A stretch of DNA of 64,000 nucleotides from Solirubrobacterales bacterium (GTDB lineage: Bacteria > Actinomycetota > Thermoleophilia > Solirubrobacterales > 70-9). This document shows positions 50,684 to 64,000 of the stretch, piece by piece. The stretch lies in the NCBI GenBank assembly GCA_030152805.1, contig JASLIG010000020.1, positions 173 to 64,172 on the forward strand, written 5' to 3'. Within the stretch, counting starts at the first letter, position 1, and each line of letters opens with the position of its first letter. Under the pieces are notes generated by a model that was given only the letters and a program-made list of their open reading frames with translations, ran no database searches and was not told the DNA's origin. Both the position numbers and the translations under genes were made by a program.

Positions 50684-51803
50684 TCAGCCGGCCGCCGCCG
50701 CGGCCGTCTTGTTCAGGTAGTCGCGGATGAACTCGTCGAGGTCGCCGTCGAGGACGCGCTGCGCGTCGCCGGCCTCGTGCCCGGTGCGGTGGTCCTTGAC
50801 CCTCTGGTCCGGGTGCAGGAAGTAGCTGCGGATCTGCGAGCCCCAGGCGACGTCCTTGACCTCGCCGCGCACCTTTGCCAGCTCCTCGGCGCGTTTGCGC
50901 TCCTCCAGCTCGATTAGCTTCGAGCGCAGCAGCTGCATCGCCACGGCCTTGTTCTGGGTCTGCGAGCGCTCGTTCTGGCACTGCACGACGACCCCGGTTG
51001 GCACGTGGGTGATGCGCACCGCGGAATCGGTCTTGTTGACGTGCTGGCCACCGGCGCCGGAGGCGCGGTAGGTGTCGATGCGCAGGTCGGCGTCATCGAT
51101 CTCGACCTCCACCCCCTCGTCGACCAGCGGGCCGACGTCGAGCTGGGCGAAGCTGGTGTGGCGGCGGGCCGAGGAGTCGAAGGGGGAGATCCGCACCAAG
51201 CGGTGGACGCCGCGCTCGGCGGCGAAGAGCCCGTAGGCGTTCTCGCCCCGGGCGATGAAGGTCGCCGACTTGAGGCCCGCCTCCTCCCCCGGCGAGGCCT
51301 CCTTCATCTCGACCTCGAAGCCACGACCTTCGGCCCAGCGCAGGTACATGCGCAGCAGCATCTCGGCCCAGTCCTGGGAGTCGGTTCCGCCGGCGCCGGC
51401 GTGGACGCTGACCACGGCATCGCCGGCGTCGTAGGGACCGCTGAAGAGGCGCGCCTCTTCGAGCGCCGCGAGGTGACGCTCGACGGTGGCGAGCTGTGTG
51501 CCCAGCTCGGCCGCCATCTCCTCATCCTCCGCCGCCATCTCCGCCAGGTCGCCGAGGTCGGCGACCTCGCCCTCGAGCTCGCGAAAGGTCTTCAGCCTGC
51601 GCTGCGCCCGGGCGTGCGCGGCCGAGGTGCCAGCCGCCGCCTCCTGGTTGTCCCAGAAGCCCGGCCGCTGCATCTCGGCCTCGAGCTTCTCGACTTCGGC
51701 CTCCAGTACCGCAGGGTCAAAGGTAGTCCGAGAGCAGGGACAGCTGCTCTCGGATCTCGGCCAGCCGCGCCGGCACGGACTCGGTTGACGCGGCTTCAGC
51801 CAT
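50684..51803 (-). CDS. prfB: peptide chain release factor 2, requiring a programmed +1 frameshift
   Basis: ORF0 (ATG 51803, MAEAASTESVPARLAEIREQLSLLSDYL) ends at CTT TGA C. The +1 frame continues DPAVLEAEVEKLEAEMQRPGFWD… into the 329-aa ORF, which carries SPF-type and GGQ (SGAGGQHVN) motifs. Confidence 0.9.
51716..51722 (-). other. RF2 +1 frameshift site CTTTGAC
   Basis: The plus strand has gtcaaag, which is CTT TGA C on the minus strand. This is identical to the canonical prfB recoding heptamer. Confidence 0.85.
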
Positions 51804-51813
51804 GGCCCACAGG

Positions 51814-52683
51814 TTATTGCGGCGCTCGGGCGCTGAGGATCCAGGTCGAGGCGGGCGCGTAGACACCGTCGGGGCCATCGAACTCGGCCAGCGCCTTACG
51901 CAGCTCGGCGGCGATCTTCGGCCGGATCTCGCCGATCCGGTCTTCCCAGAGCCGCAGGACCTCTCCGGCTGGGCCGAGCGCCATGTTGAACTCGACCGCG
52001 TGGTCGAGGTCGTTGCCGATCTTCAGCGGCAGGTCGCAGCGCTGCAGGCTGATCTCCTCGAAGCCGGCGATCTTGAGCTGCTCGCTGACCGTGTCTGCGT
52101 TGGCCATCGAGAAGGGGCCGGGCCCGCAGGTCGGCTCGTCGCTCTCCTCGGGATGATCTAGGTACTCGTCGACGACCAGCTCCGCCCGGCGGACCCATTC
52201 GTTGTCTTCCTTACGCCGCCAGACAACAGCGCAGAGACGCCCGCCAGGGGTCAGCGCCTCGCACACGTTGCGCAGCGCCGCCACGGGGTTGGCGAAGAAC
52301 ATGATCCCCATCCGCGAGAAGGCGTAGTCGAACGTCTCGCCGAACTCGGTCACCTGCACGTCGCCGACGTCGAAGCGGACGTTCGCGACCCCGGCTTCCT
52401 CCGCCTCCTTGCGAGCCATCTCGATGAACGGCTCCGAGACGTCGACGCCGAGCGCCTCGCCCTCGGCCCCAATCAAGCCGGCCAACCGCTGGGTCGTATC
52501 GCCGAAACCGCAGCCGAGATCGACGACCCGGTCGCCCGGCCGCGGCGGGTGCGCCGCCATCGCCGCCTCGCCGTGCGCGCCAAGGCCGCCGGCGACCAGC
52601 TCGCGGTAGCGCACAAAGCGGTCGAACAGCGGCCCGCTCCAGGCCTCAGTCGCCTCGCGGTTCTCTGCGGCCGGGGTGCCCAT
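51814..52683 (-). CDS. class I SAM-dependent methyltransferase
   Basis: Motif I VVDLGCGFGDTT. The start is uncertain (ATG 52683 or 52692), and the longer ORF overlaps the upstream gene. Confidence 0.8.
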   Translation of the reverse strand: MGTPAAENREATEAWSGPLFDRFVRYRELVAGGLGAHGEAAMAAHPPRPGDRVVDLGCGFGDTTQRLAGLIGAEGEALGVDVSEPFIEMARKEAEEAGVANVRFDVGDVQVTEFGETFDYAFSRMGIMFFANPVAALRNVCEALTPGGRLCAVVWRRKEDNEWVRRAELVVDEYLDHPEESDEPTCGPGPFSMANADTVSEQLKIAGFEEISLQRCDLPLKIGNDLDHAVEFNMALGPAGEVLRLWEDRIGEIRPKIAAELRKALAEFDGPDGVYAPASTWILSARAPQ

Positions 52684-53067
52684 CGCCACCATGGTACGCC
52701 CGCCAAGCCATCTCGCGATCCTCAAAGGGCCGCCAGCTGCGAATCCGATGCTCGCGCAGCTCAAACAGCCAAGCCATCTCCTCCGTGGAGGCATGCGAGC
52801 CGTCCTCGTCCCAGTGCCAACTCCGCCGGATCAGCGCCAACGCCCGACCGCCCCCCGACTCCGTGTCGTCCTCGAACAGCTCCTCCACCTCGATCGTCTG
52901 CTGCACCCCCCCAGGCGCCCGTGTAGCCCAAACCCGCGCCGCCTCAACCCCCTTGCGCAACCCCTTCATCGCATGAAGCTCAACCTCCGGATCGAGCGTG
53001 CCCACGAACGAATCGAGATCCCTCTCGTTGAAGGCCCGAATGAACTCCCGAACCGGGTCGTGGGCCT

Positions 53068-53083
<16 letters not shown>
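52646..53083 (-). CDS. NTF2-like (SnoaL/DUF4440-type) small protein
   Basis: …VREFIRAFNERDLDSFVGTLDPEVELH… is a typical SnoaL-like N-terminus. The start is uncertain (GTG 53083 or 53110), and both overlap the secA 3' end. Confidence 0.55.
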
Positions 53084-55914
<2,831 letters not shown>

Positions 55915-55978
55915 GGCCCAAGGGTAGCGGGGGGTGTGCCGAGGGGATCGGCCGCGTGCCGGGTAGGCTGGCCGCCGC

Positions 55979-57676
55979 ATGGTGAGTGCCGAAGAGATCG
56001 GGGCGATCGCCGTCTTCGGAGCGCTCGACGAGGTCGAGCGAGAGCGGCTTTCCGGCGTGGCGGCCGACATCGGTCTGGTGGCGGGAGAGTTCGCCGCGCA
56101 CGAGGGCGACGAGCGTGCGGTCTTCGCCGTGCTCGAGGGACGGATCGAGGCGGTCAAGTCCGTCGACGGGGTCGAGCGGGTCGTCGGCGAGCGCCTCCCC
56201 GGCGACGTCTTCGGCGAGGTGCCGATCGCGCTCGGAACGGTGTTTCCGGTCGGCTTCCGCGCCGCCGAGGACTCGCGCGTAATGCGGCTCGAAGCCAGCG
56301 ACTACCACGCCGTCGCGGCCGTGGTCCCGGACGTCGGCAAGGTGATCGGCAAGCTCGCGGCCCATCGGATGGGCGGCTCGCGCGGGCTCGAGGGCATCGC
56401 CGCCGACCCACCGCCGCCGCGCGCCCTCGTGGTCGGGCATCGCTGGGATGCGTCCTGCGCCGAGCTGAGGCGCTTCCTGGATCGCAACCAGATCACCTTC
56501 AGGTGGCTCACGCCGGAGACGCCCGACGCGACGGGGCAGTGGGGTGGCTCGCTCCCCCCGGAGGGGGACTGGCCGGCCATCCGCGTCGTCGACGGCAAGA
56601 CCGCCATGCGCCCGGAGCTGCGAGAGGTGGCCGAGCTGCTCGGCGTCGAGACCGCGGCGGGGGGCGGGGAATACGACACGGTGATCGTCGGCGCCGGCCC
56701 CGCCGGCCTGGCCGCGGCCGTCTACGGGGCATCGGAGGGACTGCGCACGATCGTGGTCGAGCGGGAAGCCCCCGGCGGCCAGGCCGGCACCTCATCGCGG
56801 ATCGAGAACTACCTCGGCTTCCCCTCGGGGGTCTCCGGGGACGAGCTGGCGAGCCGGGCGCTGCAGCAGGCGCGGCGGCTCGGCGCCGAGATCCTCGTCA
56901 CCCGATCGATCGAGCGGATAGACGCCGAAACCCTGGAGCTGCACCTCGACGCCGGCGACGTCCTGCACGCCCGGACGATCATCCTCGCCTGCGGCGTCGC
57001 CTGGCGCCGCCTCCCGATCGAGGGCTTCGACCGCCTCGCGGGCAAGGGGATCTCCTACGGGGCGGCGCGCAGCGAAGCGTCGAACACGCACGGCCTCGAC
57101 GTCCACATCGTCGGTGCGGGCAACTCGGCGGGGCAGGCCGCGCTCTTCTTCTCCACCCACGCGCGCAGCGTGACGATCCTCTGCCGCGGGGCAACGCTGG
57201 AGAAAAGCATGTCGCGCTACCTGATCGACCAGCTCGCGACCCGCTTGAACATCGAGGCGATCTTCGGCGCCGAAGTGGCGGCGGTGCACGGCGTCGACTC
57301 GCTCGAGGCGATCGACGTGCGCGACTCCGGGTCGGGCGAGACCTCCCAGCTGGAGTCCGGCGGTCTGTTCCTCTTCATCGGGGCCGATGCGGAGACGGCC
57401 TGGCTGCCAGCCGAGATTGCGCTCGACCGCCGCGGCTACGTGCTGACCGGCGCCGAAGCGCACTCCGCCGCGAGCTGGACGCTCGACCGCGACCCCTACC
57501 TCCTCGAGACGAGCGTCCCCGGCATCTTCGCCTGCGGCGACGTCCGCTGCGGCCCGGTGAAGCGCGTCGCCGCCGCTGTCGGCGAGGGCAGCATGTCGAT
57601 CGCCTTCGTCCACCAGTTCCTCAAGCAGGCCGACGGCGCCGGGCCCTCGCACCCAACCTCCAAGCAGACGGCGTGA
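55979..57676 (+). CDS. fusion of a cyclic-nucleotide-binding domain with a thioredoxin-reductase-like flavoprotein that lacks the CxxC motif
   Basis: An N-terminal cNMP-like beta-barrel (…[13 protein letters not shown]…[10 protein letters not shown]…). FAD motif [16 protein letters not shown](P) motif [12 protein letters not shown], and C-terminal GIFACGDV. At the position of the TrxB CATC the sequence is GAAR. Confidence 0.85.
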   Translation: MVSAEEIGAIAVFGALDEVERERLSGVAADIGLVAGEFAAHEGDERAVFAVLEGRIEAVKSVDGVERVVGERLPGDVFGEVPIALGTVFPVGFRAAEDSRVMRLEASDYHAVAAVVPDVGKVIGKLAAHRMGGSRGLEGIAADPPPPRALVVGHRWDASCAELRRFLDRNQITFRWLTPETPDATGQWGGSLPPEGDWPAIRVVDGKTAMRPELREVAELLGVETAAGGGEYDTVIVGAGPAGLAAAVYGASEGLRTIVVEREAPGGQAGTSSRIENYLGFPSGVSGDELASRALQQARRLGAEILVTRSIERIDAETLELHLDAGDVLHARTIILACGVAWRRLPIEGFDRLAGKGISYGAARSEASNTHGLDVHIVGAGNSAGQAALFFSTHARSVTILCRGATLEKSMSRYLIDQLATRLNIEAIFGAEVAAVHGVDSLEAIDVRDSGSGETSQLESGGLFLFIGADAETAWLPAEIALDRRGYVLTGAEAHSAASWTLDRDPYLLETSVPGIFACGDVRCGPVKRVAAAVGEGSMSIAFVHQFLKQADGAGPSHPTSKQTA

Positions 57677-57683
57677 GCCCCTC

Positions 57684-58031
57684 TTAGGCGGTGCGGCCCC
57701 GCATCCGGGCGGCGGCGCGGCGCGTCTGCGTGCGCTTGCGGCGCAGCTCGCGGTGCTTCTTGACCTGGCGGCGAATGTCCTCGGCGAGCTCGTGGATCGT
57801 GTGCATCATCTCCGGCGTCGCCTCGCGCGCCCGCAGGGTGACGCCCTTGAGGCGCAGCGTCGCCTCGGCGACCTGGCTGTCCTCGATCGAGGGGTTGCGC
57901 TCTTCGTAGACCTCGACGTCGAGGGTAGCCAGCTCCGACACCTGTTTGCCGACCCGGCGAAATCGCTTGGTCACGTGACCCCGCAGCTCGTCGGTTATCT
58001 CGACGTTGCGCCCACGAATCTCGATCCGCAT
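57684..58031 (-). CDS. hpf: ribosome hibernation-promoting factor (short HPF/RaiA family)
   Basis: MRIEIRGRNVEITDELRGHVTKRF… is a typical S30AE/HPF N-terminus. 115 aa with a basic tail. Confidence 0.88.
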   Translation of the reverse strand: MRIEIRGRNVEITDELRGHVTKRFRRVGKQVSELATLDVEVYEERNPSIEDSQVAEATLRLKGVTLRAREATPEMMHTIHELAEDIRRQVKKHRELRRKRTQTRRAAARMRGRTA

Positions 58032-58090
58032 CTTTTCCTCCTTGGTGTCGGGCTCCCGATGCTACGCCGTCACCGGCGTCCGGTAAAGGG

Positions 58091-58714
58091 TCAGAGGCGC
58101 CTGGTGAAGGTGATCGCAACTACCCGGATCGCGCCGCCGTCACGCAGCGCCCGGGCGCAGGCCGAGAGGGTGGCGCCCGTGGTGAGGACGTCGTCGACGA
58201 GCAGGACGCTGCGTGGCGCGGCGTGGCGCAGCTCGACGTGCGGCGGCTGCCCGATGCGCTCGGCCCGGCGCCTGCCGACCTGGCGAGCGGCGCCGCGGCG
58301 CCTCAGGCACGGCTCCGTGCTCAGACCTGTCCGCTCCGCGAGGGCGGCAGCGATCTCGGCGGCGGGGTCGAAGCCGCGGGCCAGCGAGCGCAGCGCCGCC
58401 GTCGGCACCGGCACGATCTCGCCGCTGAGCAGGCTCGCCGGCGCCAGCCAGTGCAGCCGCTCGGCGATCAGGTCCGCGACCGGCAGCAGGCGGCGGAACT
58501 TGAGCGCGCTGACGAGGTCGCGGGCGACGCCCTCGTGCGGCGCCGAGGACCAGCAGCGATCGAGCCCGGCGACCCTGCTGCCTGGCAGGGGATCGGCCTC
58601 GGCGAGGCGACGCGCGCAGCGGGTGCAGAGAACGCCGCCAGGCCGGCAGCCGCGCCCGCAGGCAGCGCAGAGCGCCGGCAGCAGGCCAGCGGCGACGGCG
58701 TGGAGCGGCTTCAT
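58091..58714 (-). CDS. comF: ComF-family phosphoribosyltransferase-domain protein
   Basis: An N-terminal Cys cluster (CAACGRG…CTRC) and the PRT motif VLLVDDVLTTGATL. Conserved position next to hpf. Confidence 0.8.
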   Translation of the reverse strand: MKPLHAVAAGLLPALCAACGRGCRPGGVLCTRCARRLAEADPLPGSRVAGLDRCWSSAPHEGVARDLVSALKFRRLLPVADLIAERLHWLAPASLLSGEIVPVPTAALRSLARGFDPAAEIAAALAERTGLSTEPCLRRRGAARQVGRRRAERIGQPPHVELRHAAPRSVLLVDDVLTTGATLSACARALRDGGAIRVVAITFTRRL

Positions 58715-58770
58715 GCCCCGATCCTGAGGCGAGGGGGCGCGCCCGTGGCGCGCTGGATGTCACGAAAGGC

Positions 58771-59781
58771 TCAGGCTTTGGCAACGCGGCCGGCGATCGC
58801 GCCGACCAGCATCGCCTCGGGCGGCAGCTCCGCGCCCGAGAGCAGGATCGAGTCGCGTACCCAGGAGCCGGCGCCGAGCCGGCAGCCGTCGCCGACGATG
58901 GCCGGTCCCTGGATCCGCGCCCCGGCGCCCAGCTCCACGCCAGCGCCGATCAGCGCCGGGCCCTCGACCTCGGCGCCGTCCAGCGGGCTCGCCGAACGGA
59001 TGCCCTCCCCCACCTCCGGCGCGCCGGGCTCGACCCGCACCGCACCGCTGAGTGCGTCGAGATTTCCCTGGCGCAGCTCGCCGAGATTGCCGATGTCGTT
59101 CCAGTAGGCGTCGATCTCGTGCGAGTAGAAGGGAACGTCGTTCTCCAGCAATGCCGGGAAGACGTCCATCGCCCAGTCGGCGAAGCCAGGTGGGTCATCC
59201 GGACCCGCGGCCCTGCTCGTGCCCGGCTCCGGGAAGAAGTCGAAGATCTCGGCGCGGAACATGTAGATGCAGGTGTTGGCGAGATCCGAGAGCGCCTCGG
59301 CGGGGTCGGGCTTCTCCTGGAATCCCTGGACGCGGCCGTCCTCGCCGGCGATGACGACGCCGTACTGGTCGGTCTCGGCGACCCGCTTGGTGGCCATCGT
59401 CGCGATACCGTCGTGGGACTCGTGGAACTCGCGCATCGCGGCGAAGTCGAGATCGGTCAGCGCGTCCCCGGCCACGACCAGGAACGAGCCGCCGAGGAAG
59501 GCGGCGGCGTTGCGAACCCCTCCCGCCGTCCCCAGGAGGTGCTCCTCGCGGCTGTAGGTGAGCTCGATGCCGAAATCGGAGCCGTCGCCGAAGTGGTCCT
59601 CGATCGTCTCGGGGAACCAGTACAGGTTGGCGATCGCCTCGCCGAAGCCGTGGCGGGCGAGCAGCCGCACGCTGTGCTCCATCACCGGCCGGTTCAGCAC
59701 CGGCACCATCGGCTTCGGCATCGCGTAGGTGACCGGGCGCAGCCGGGTGCCGAGCCCGGCCGCCAAGACCATTGCCCTCAT
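58771..59781 (-). CDS. sugar-phosphate nucleotidyltransferase with a C-terminal left-handed beta-helix
   Basis: N-terminus MVLAAGLGTRLRPVTYAMPKPMVP (GxGTRLxPxT). C-terminal hexapeptide repeats. Confidence 0.85.
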   Translation of the reverse strand: MRAMVLAAGLGTRLRPVTYAMPKPMVPVLNRPVMEHSVRLLARHGFGEAIANLYWFPETIEDHFGDGSDFGIELTYSREEHLLGTAGGVRNAAAFLGGSFLVVAGDALTDLDFAAMREFHESHDGIATMATKRVAETDQYGVVIAGEDGRVQGFQEKPDPAEALSDLANTCIYMFRAEIFDFFPEPGTSRAAGPDDPPGFADWAMDVFPALLENDVPFYSHEIDAYWNDIGNLGELRQGNLDALSGAVRVEPGAPEVGEGIRSASPLDGAEVEGPALIGAGVELGAGARIQGPAIVGDGCRLGAGSWVRDSILLSGAELPPEAMLVGAIAGRVAKA

Positions 59782-61200
<1,419 letters not shown>

Positions 61201-61301
61201 CGATTCCTTTCGTCTATTTGTCCCGGCGAAGGATACGTAGAAACCGTCAGCCGGACGTGCCGGTGGAACGAGGTCCATACGGACACCGGAGCATCGACAC
61301 G

Positions 61302-62282
61302 TCAGGCGCGGTGGAGAGAAGTCTTGAGGCGGTCGATTGCGGTGACCGGCAGGGGGTCGACCTGGCGTGCCGAGGCGATCTCGAGCGAGACCAGGTCACC
61401 TAGCATCACCGTCCAGAGCAGGCGCTCGCCGCGGCTCTCGCCGGCGGCCTCGATCCGCACTACGGGAGCACCGTCGCGCTCTACCTCGGCCGCCGTCAGG
61501 TCGAAGCGCAGTTGCTCACGCGGGTGCTGGTCACGATCCTCGAGCATGATCGCCGCCAGTGGCGCGGCGCCGGGGGGGGCCCAGGCGCAGATCTCGTTGT
61601 GATCGGCCTCCGGCAGCTCAGAGTAGAAGGCGGGCAGCTTGGCGTTCTCGTTCACCTGGGTCTTCCAACGCCTCGCGGCACCGGCGCTCGGGCCCGCGCC
61701 GTAGATGACCGGGATCCGATCGCCGATCGTCGCCGCCACCTCGACGGCCAGGTGTCGGAGGTTGTCGCGCTCGGTCTCGAGAAAGGTCGCGGCCGCCTCG
61801 ATCTCCCCCGCGAGACGGGGTGCTATCCCGACCGCGGCGGCGACCTCCAGCGCACAGACGAGCATGTAGGCGACGGCGGTGCGCGGCGCGGGCAGGAGGC
61901 CGGGCAGCCCGACCACCGGATCTCCGGCAGCCCGTGCCCGCTCGGTGAGCGAGCCCCCCGTGCTGGCCACAACTCGGCGGGCGCCGAGCGCCTCGGCCGC
62001 GACGAAACAGGAAAGGGTCTCCTCGGTCTCGCCCGAGTAGCTCGAACACAGCACCGCCCACTCGGCGCTCGCCCAGCTCGGCAGCGCGTAGCCGCGCACG
62101 GTCAGCAACGGCCCGGTGAGCCTCTTGCCCAACACCGCGGCTGCGAGATCACCGCCGACCGCGGAGCCGCCCACGCCGCAGATGAGCAACCCGGCCGACT
62201 CATCGCGCCCGAGCCGTGCCGACTCGACCCGCCAGAGGGCATCGCGCAGGTGATCGGGGATGGCGAGGACGTCGTCGAGCAT
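61302..62282 (-). CDS. bifunctional phosphoglucose/phosphomannose isomerase (SIS-domain family)
   Basis: …[10 protein letters not shown]…SYSGETEET… are SIS motifs. The ~326-aa length is typical of the PGI/PMI family. Confidence 0.8.
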   Translation of the reverse strand: MLDDVLAIPDHLRDALWRVESARLGRDESAGLLICGVGGSAVGGDLAAAVLGKRLTGPLLTVRGYALPSWASAEWAVLCSSYSGETEETLSCFVAAEALGARRVVASTGGSLTERARAAGDPVVGLPGLLPAPRTAVAYMLVCALEVAAAVGIAPRLAGEIEAAATFLETERDNLRHLAVEVAATIGDRIPVIYGAGPSAGAARRWKTQVNENAKLPAFYSELPEADHNEICAWAPPGAAPLAAIMLEDRDQHPREQLRFDLTAAEVERDGAPVVRIEAAGESRGERLLWTVMLGDLVSLEIASARQVDPLPVTAIDRLKTSLHRA

Positions 62283-62285
62283 CGG

Positions 62286-63281
62286 TCAGCCGGCGATCCT
62301 TTCGCCCTCGGCAATCACGGCGCCTGCAACTTCAGCCCCCGCCGGCACTTCCGCCCCCGGCGAGAGGATCGAGTCGACCAGGCGGGCGTTCTCGCCCACC
62401 TTGGCACCGGCGAGCAGAACGGATCCCATCACCATGGCGCCGGCCCCGATCCGGCAACTCGGGCCGACCACCGCGCGGGGGCCGAGAGTGGCGCTGTCCT
62501 CGACCTCCGCGGCCGGGTCCACCAGCACGTCCGGCCCGGAGGGCTCTACTCGCGTCTCCACTCGTCCCTCGAGGATGTCCCAGCTCGCCTGCAGGTAGCG
62601 CTCGGGCGTGCCGATGTCCATCCAGTAACCCTCGAGAAGCAGGCCGTGCAGCCGGTTGCCGACCAGGCGTGGGAAGACGTCGCGCTCGATCGAGACGTTC
62701 TCACCGGATGGGATCAGCTCGAGCACCGAGCGCCGCAGCACGTACATCCCCGCGTTGACCTCACCGGGCTTGCGCTCGCCAGTCTTCTCGAGGAACTCGA
62801 GTACCTCCCCCCCGCCGCCGCTGCTGACCAGGCCGAAGGCGGACGAGTCTTCGACCGGATGCAAGCCGATCGTCGCCGCGGCCCCCCACTCCTCGTGGGC
62901 GCGCAGCAGCGCACTCAGGTCGAGGTCGGTGAGCACATCGCCGTTGAGCGCGAGGAAGCAGTCATCGAGCTCGTCGCCCAGCTCGTCGGCCGCGAAGCGG
63001 ATCGCCCCGGCGGTTCCCAGCGGCTTGGGCTCGACCGCATAGCGGATTCGCACACCGGCTCGATCCTCCTCTCCGCTGAGCGCCGCGCGCAGGACGTCGG
63101 GCAGGAAGCCACAGGCCAGCACCACCTCGGTTACGCCATGGCCGGCCAGCCACTCGATCATGTAAGCGAGGAAGGGGCGGTCGACCAGGGTCAGCGCCGG
63201 CTTCGGGGTGGAGTTGGTGAGGGGACGGAGGCGCGTGCCTTCGCCGCCGACGAGGACGATCGCCTGCTTGGCCACGCGCAC
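62286..63281 (-). CDS. sugar-phosphate nucleotidyltransferase (mannose-1-phosphate guanylyltransferase-like)
   Basis: N-terminus VLVGGEGTRLRPLTNSTPKPAL and a C-terminal hexapeptide-repeat domain. The GTG start shares 1 nt with the upstream stop. Confidence 0.85.
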   Translation of the reverse strand: MRVAKQAIVLVGGEGTRLRPLTNSTPKPALTLVDRPFLAYMIEWLAGHGVTEVVLACGFLPDVLRAALSGEEDRAGVRIRYAVEPKPLGTAGAIRFAADELGDELDDCFLALNGDVLTDLDLSALLRAHEEWGAAATIGLHPVEDSSAFGLVSSGGGGEVLEFLEKTGERKPGEVNAGMYVLRRSVLELIPSGENVSIERDVFPRLVGNRLHGLLLEGYWMDIGTPERYLQASWDILEGRVETRVEPSGPDVLVDPAAEVEDSATLGPRAVVGPSCRIGAGAMVMGSVLLAGAKVGENARLVDSILSPGAEVPAGAEVAGAVIAEGERIAG

Positions 63282-64000
63282 TAGGACGGCCGCCCCGCCA
63301 CTTCCTTGGTGGCCGCCCTCCCGATGCCCTCGTACTCGAAGCCGGCGGCCTTCAGCTTCTTCGGGTCGAGGAAGTTCCGCCCGTCGATCAGCAGGGGTCG
63401 CGCCATCCGGCTCGCCGCATCCGCCCAGTCGAGCTCCGCGAATTCAGGCCACTCGGTGACCAGAACCGCCGCGTCGACGCCCTCCAGCGCCGCCGGCGCC
63501 GAGTCGCACAACTCGACCCCCTCGAGTAGATCGCGCGCCGGCTCCGCGGCCACCGGGTCATAGGCGACGACCTCCGCCCCTTCCCCCTGCAGCCGCGCCG
63601 CCAGCACCAGACTCGAGGCCTCGCGCATGTCATCGGTGTCCGGCTTGAAGGCCAGCCCCAGCAGCGCCACCCGCCGCCCGACGAGGGTCCCCAGGTGGGC
63701 GAGCAGCTTCTGCACCACCCGCCGCTTCTGCAGCTCGTTCACCTCGATCACCGCGTTGAGCAGTTGGAAGTGGTAGCCCGTATTGCCGGCGAGCATCTTC
63801 AGGGCGCTGACGTCCTTCGGAAAACAGGAACCCCCGTAGCCGATTCCGGCCCGCAGGAACGAGGGGCCGATGCGCTGGTCGAGGCCCATGCCGCGGGCGA
63901 CCTCGCCGACGTCGGCGCCGACCTCCTCGCAGACGTTGGCGATCTCGTTGACGAAGGAGATCTTGGTGGCGAGGAAGGCGTTGGAGGCGAGCTTGATCAT
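63281..64000 (-). CDS. ugd: UDP-glucose/GDP-mannose dehydrogenase family protein, C-terminal part (gene runs off the window end)
   Basis: …KLASNAFLATKISFVNEIANVCE…GYGGSCFPKD…LGLAFKPDTDDMR… The catalytic Cys context GGSCFPKD is present. Confidence 0.88.
   Translation of the reverse strand: MIKLASNAFLATKISFVNEIANVCEEVGADVGEVARGMGLDQRIGPSFLRAGIGYGGSCFPKDVSALKMLAGNTGYHFQLLNAVIEVNELQKRRVVQKLLAHLGTLVGRRVALLGLAFKPDTDDMREASSLVLAARLQGEGAEVVAYDPVAAEPARDLLEGVELCDSAPAALEGVDAAVLVTEWPEFAELDWADAASRMARPLLIDGRNFLDPKKLKAAGFEYEGIGRAATKEVAGRPS

Noticed and set aside
61201-61301. A possible SAH riboswitch in the 101-nt leader of ahcY.
   Set aside because: There is some local pairing (CCGGTG…CACCGG), but I could not find the conserved SAH-riboswitch core sequences by eye. 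It needs a covariance-model scan to be sure.

Overview
This is a high-GC (about 70%) actinobacterial-type chromosome segment. The gene order matches conserved actinobacterial neighbourhoods (comF-hpf-secA, prfB, ftsE-ftsX-smpB-ssrA). A Thermoleophilia/Solirubrobacterales-like origin is only a guess and cannot be verified here. I call about 60 protein genes and one tmRNA. I found no rRNA, tRNA, CRISPR array, transposase or integrase. The content falls into eight parts. (1) 1-13.4 kb is a one-strand phosphate/polyphosphate cluster: pstSCAB-phoU-ppx-CHAD-CHAD, then a PHP/glycosyltransferase fusion-ppk1-DUF47-pit. It also holds an orphan OmpR-type regulator, a receiver-less paralog, and three arrays of 11-nt-phased GTTCAC-type (PHO-box-like) repeats. 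(2) 13.6-22 kb holds uppP, an HD hydrolase, an Rpf-like transglycosylase, an O-methyltransferase, purU, a P450 and an ABC-F ATPase. (3) 22.2-23.7 kb is a gene-sized low-GC patch encoding an S8 subtilase. (4) 23.7-28.5 kb holds redox and stress genes and ssrA (tmRNA). (5) 28.7-35.5 kb holds a ComEA-like membrane protein, smpB, a short RNase R, an S41 peptidase and ftsX-ftsE. (6) 35.6-42.5 kb holds three translationally coupled, very large secreted proteins of unknown function that share a Cys-loop module. (7) 42.5-53 kb holds tkt, nadA, fpg, nadC, an ECF sigma factor coupled to ogt, hydrolases, and prfB with its programmed +1 frameshift. (8) 53-64 kb holds secA, a cNMP-domain TrxR-like flavoprotein, hpf, comF, ahcY and nucleotide-sugar genes. 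I see no recognisable defence or mobile system. The best candidates for novelty are the secreted trio with its repeated module, the Pho-boxed PHP-glycosyltransferase/split-CHAD/polyP operon, the receiver-less PhoP-like paralog, and two covarying 20-bp palindromes. All family assignments come from reading motifs by eye, and no database search was run.
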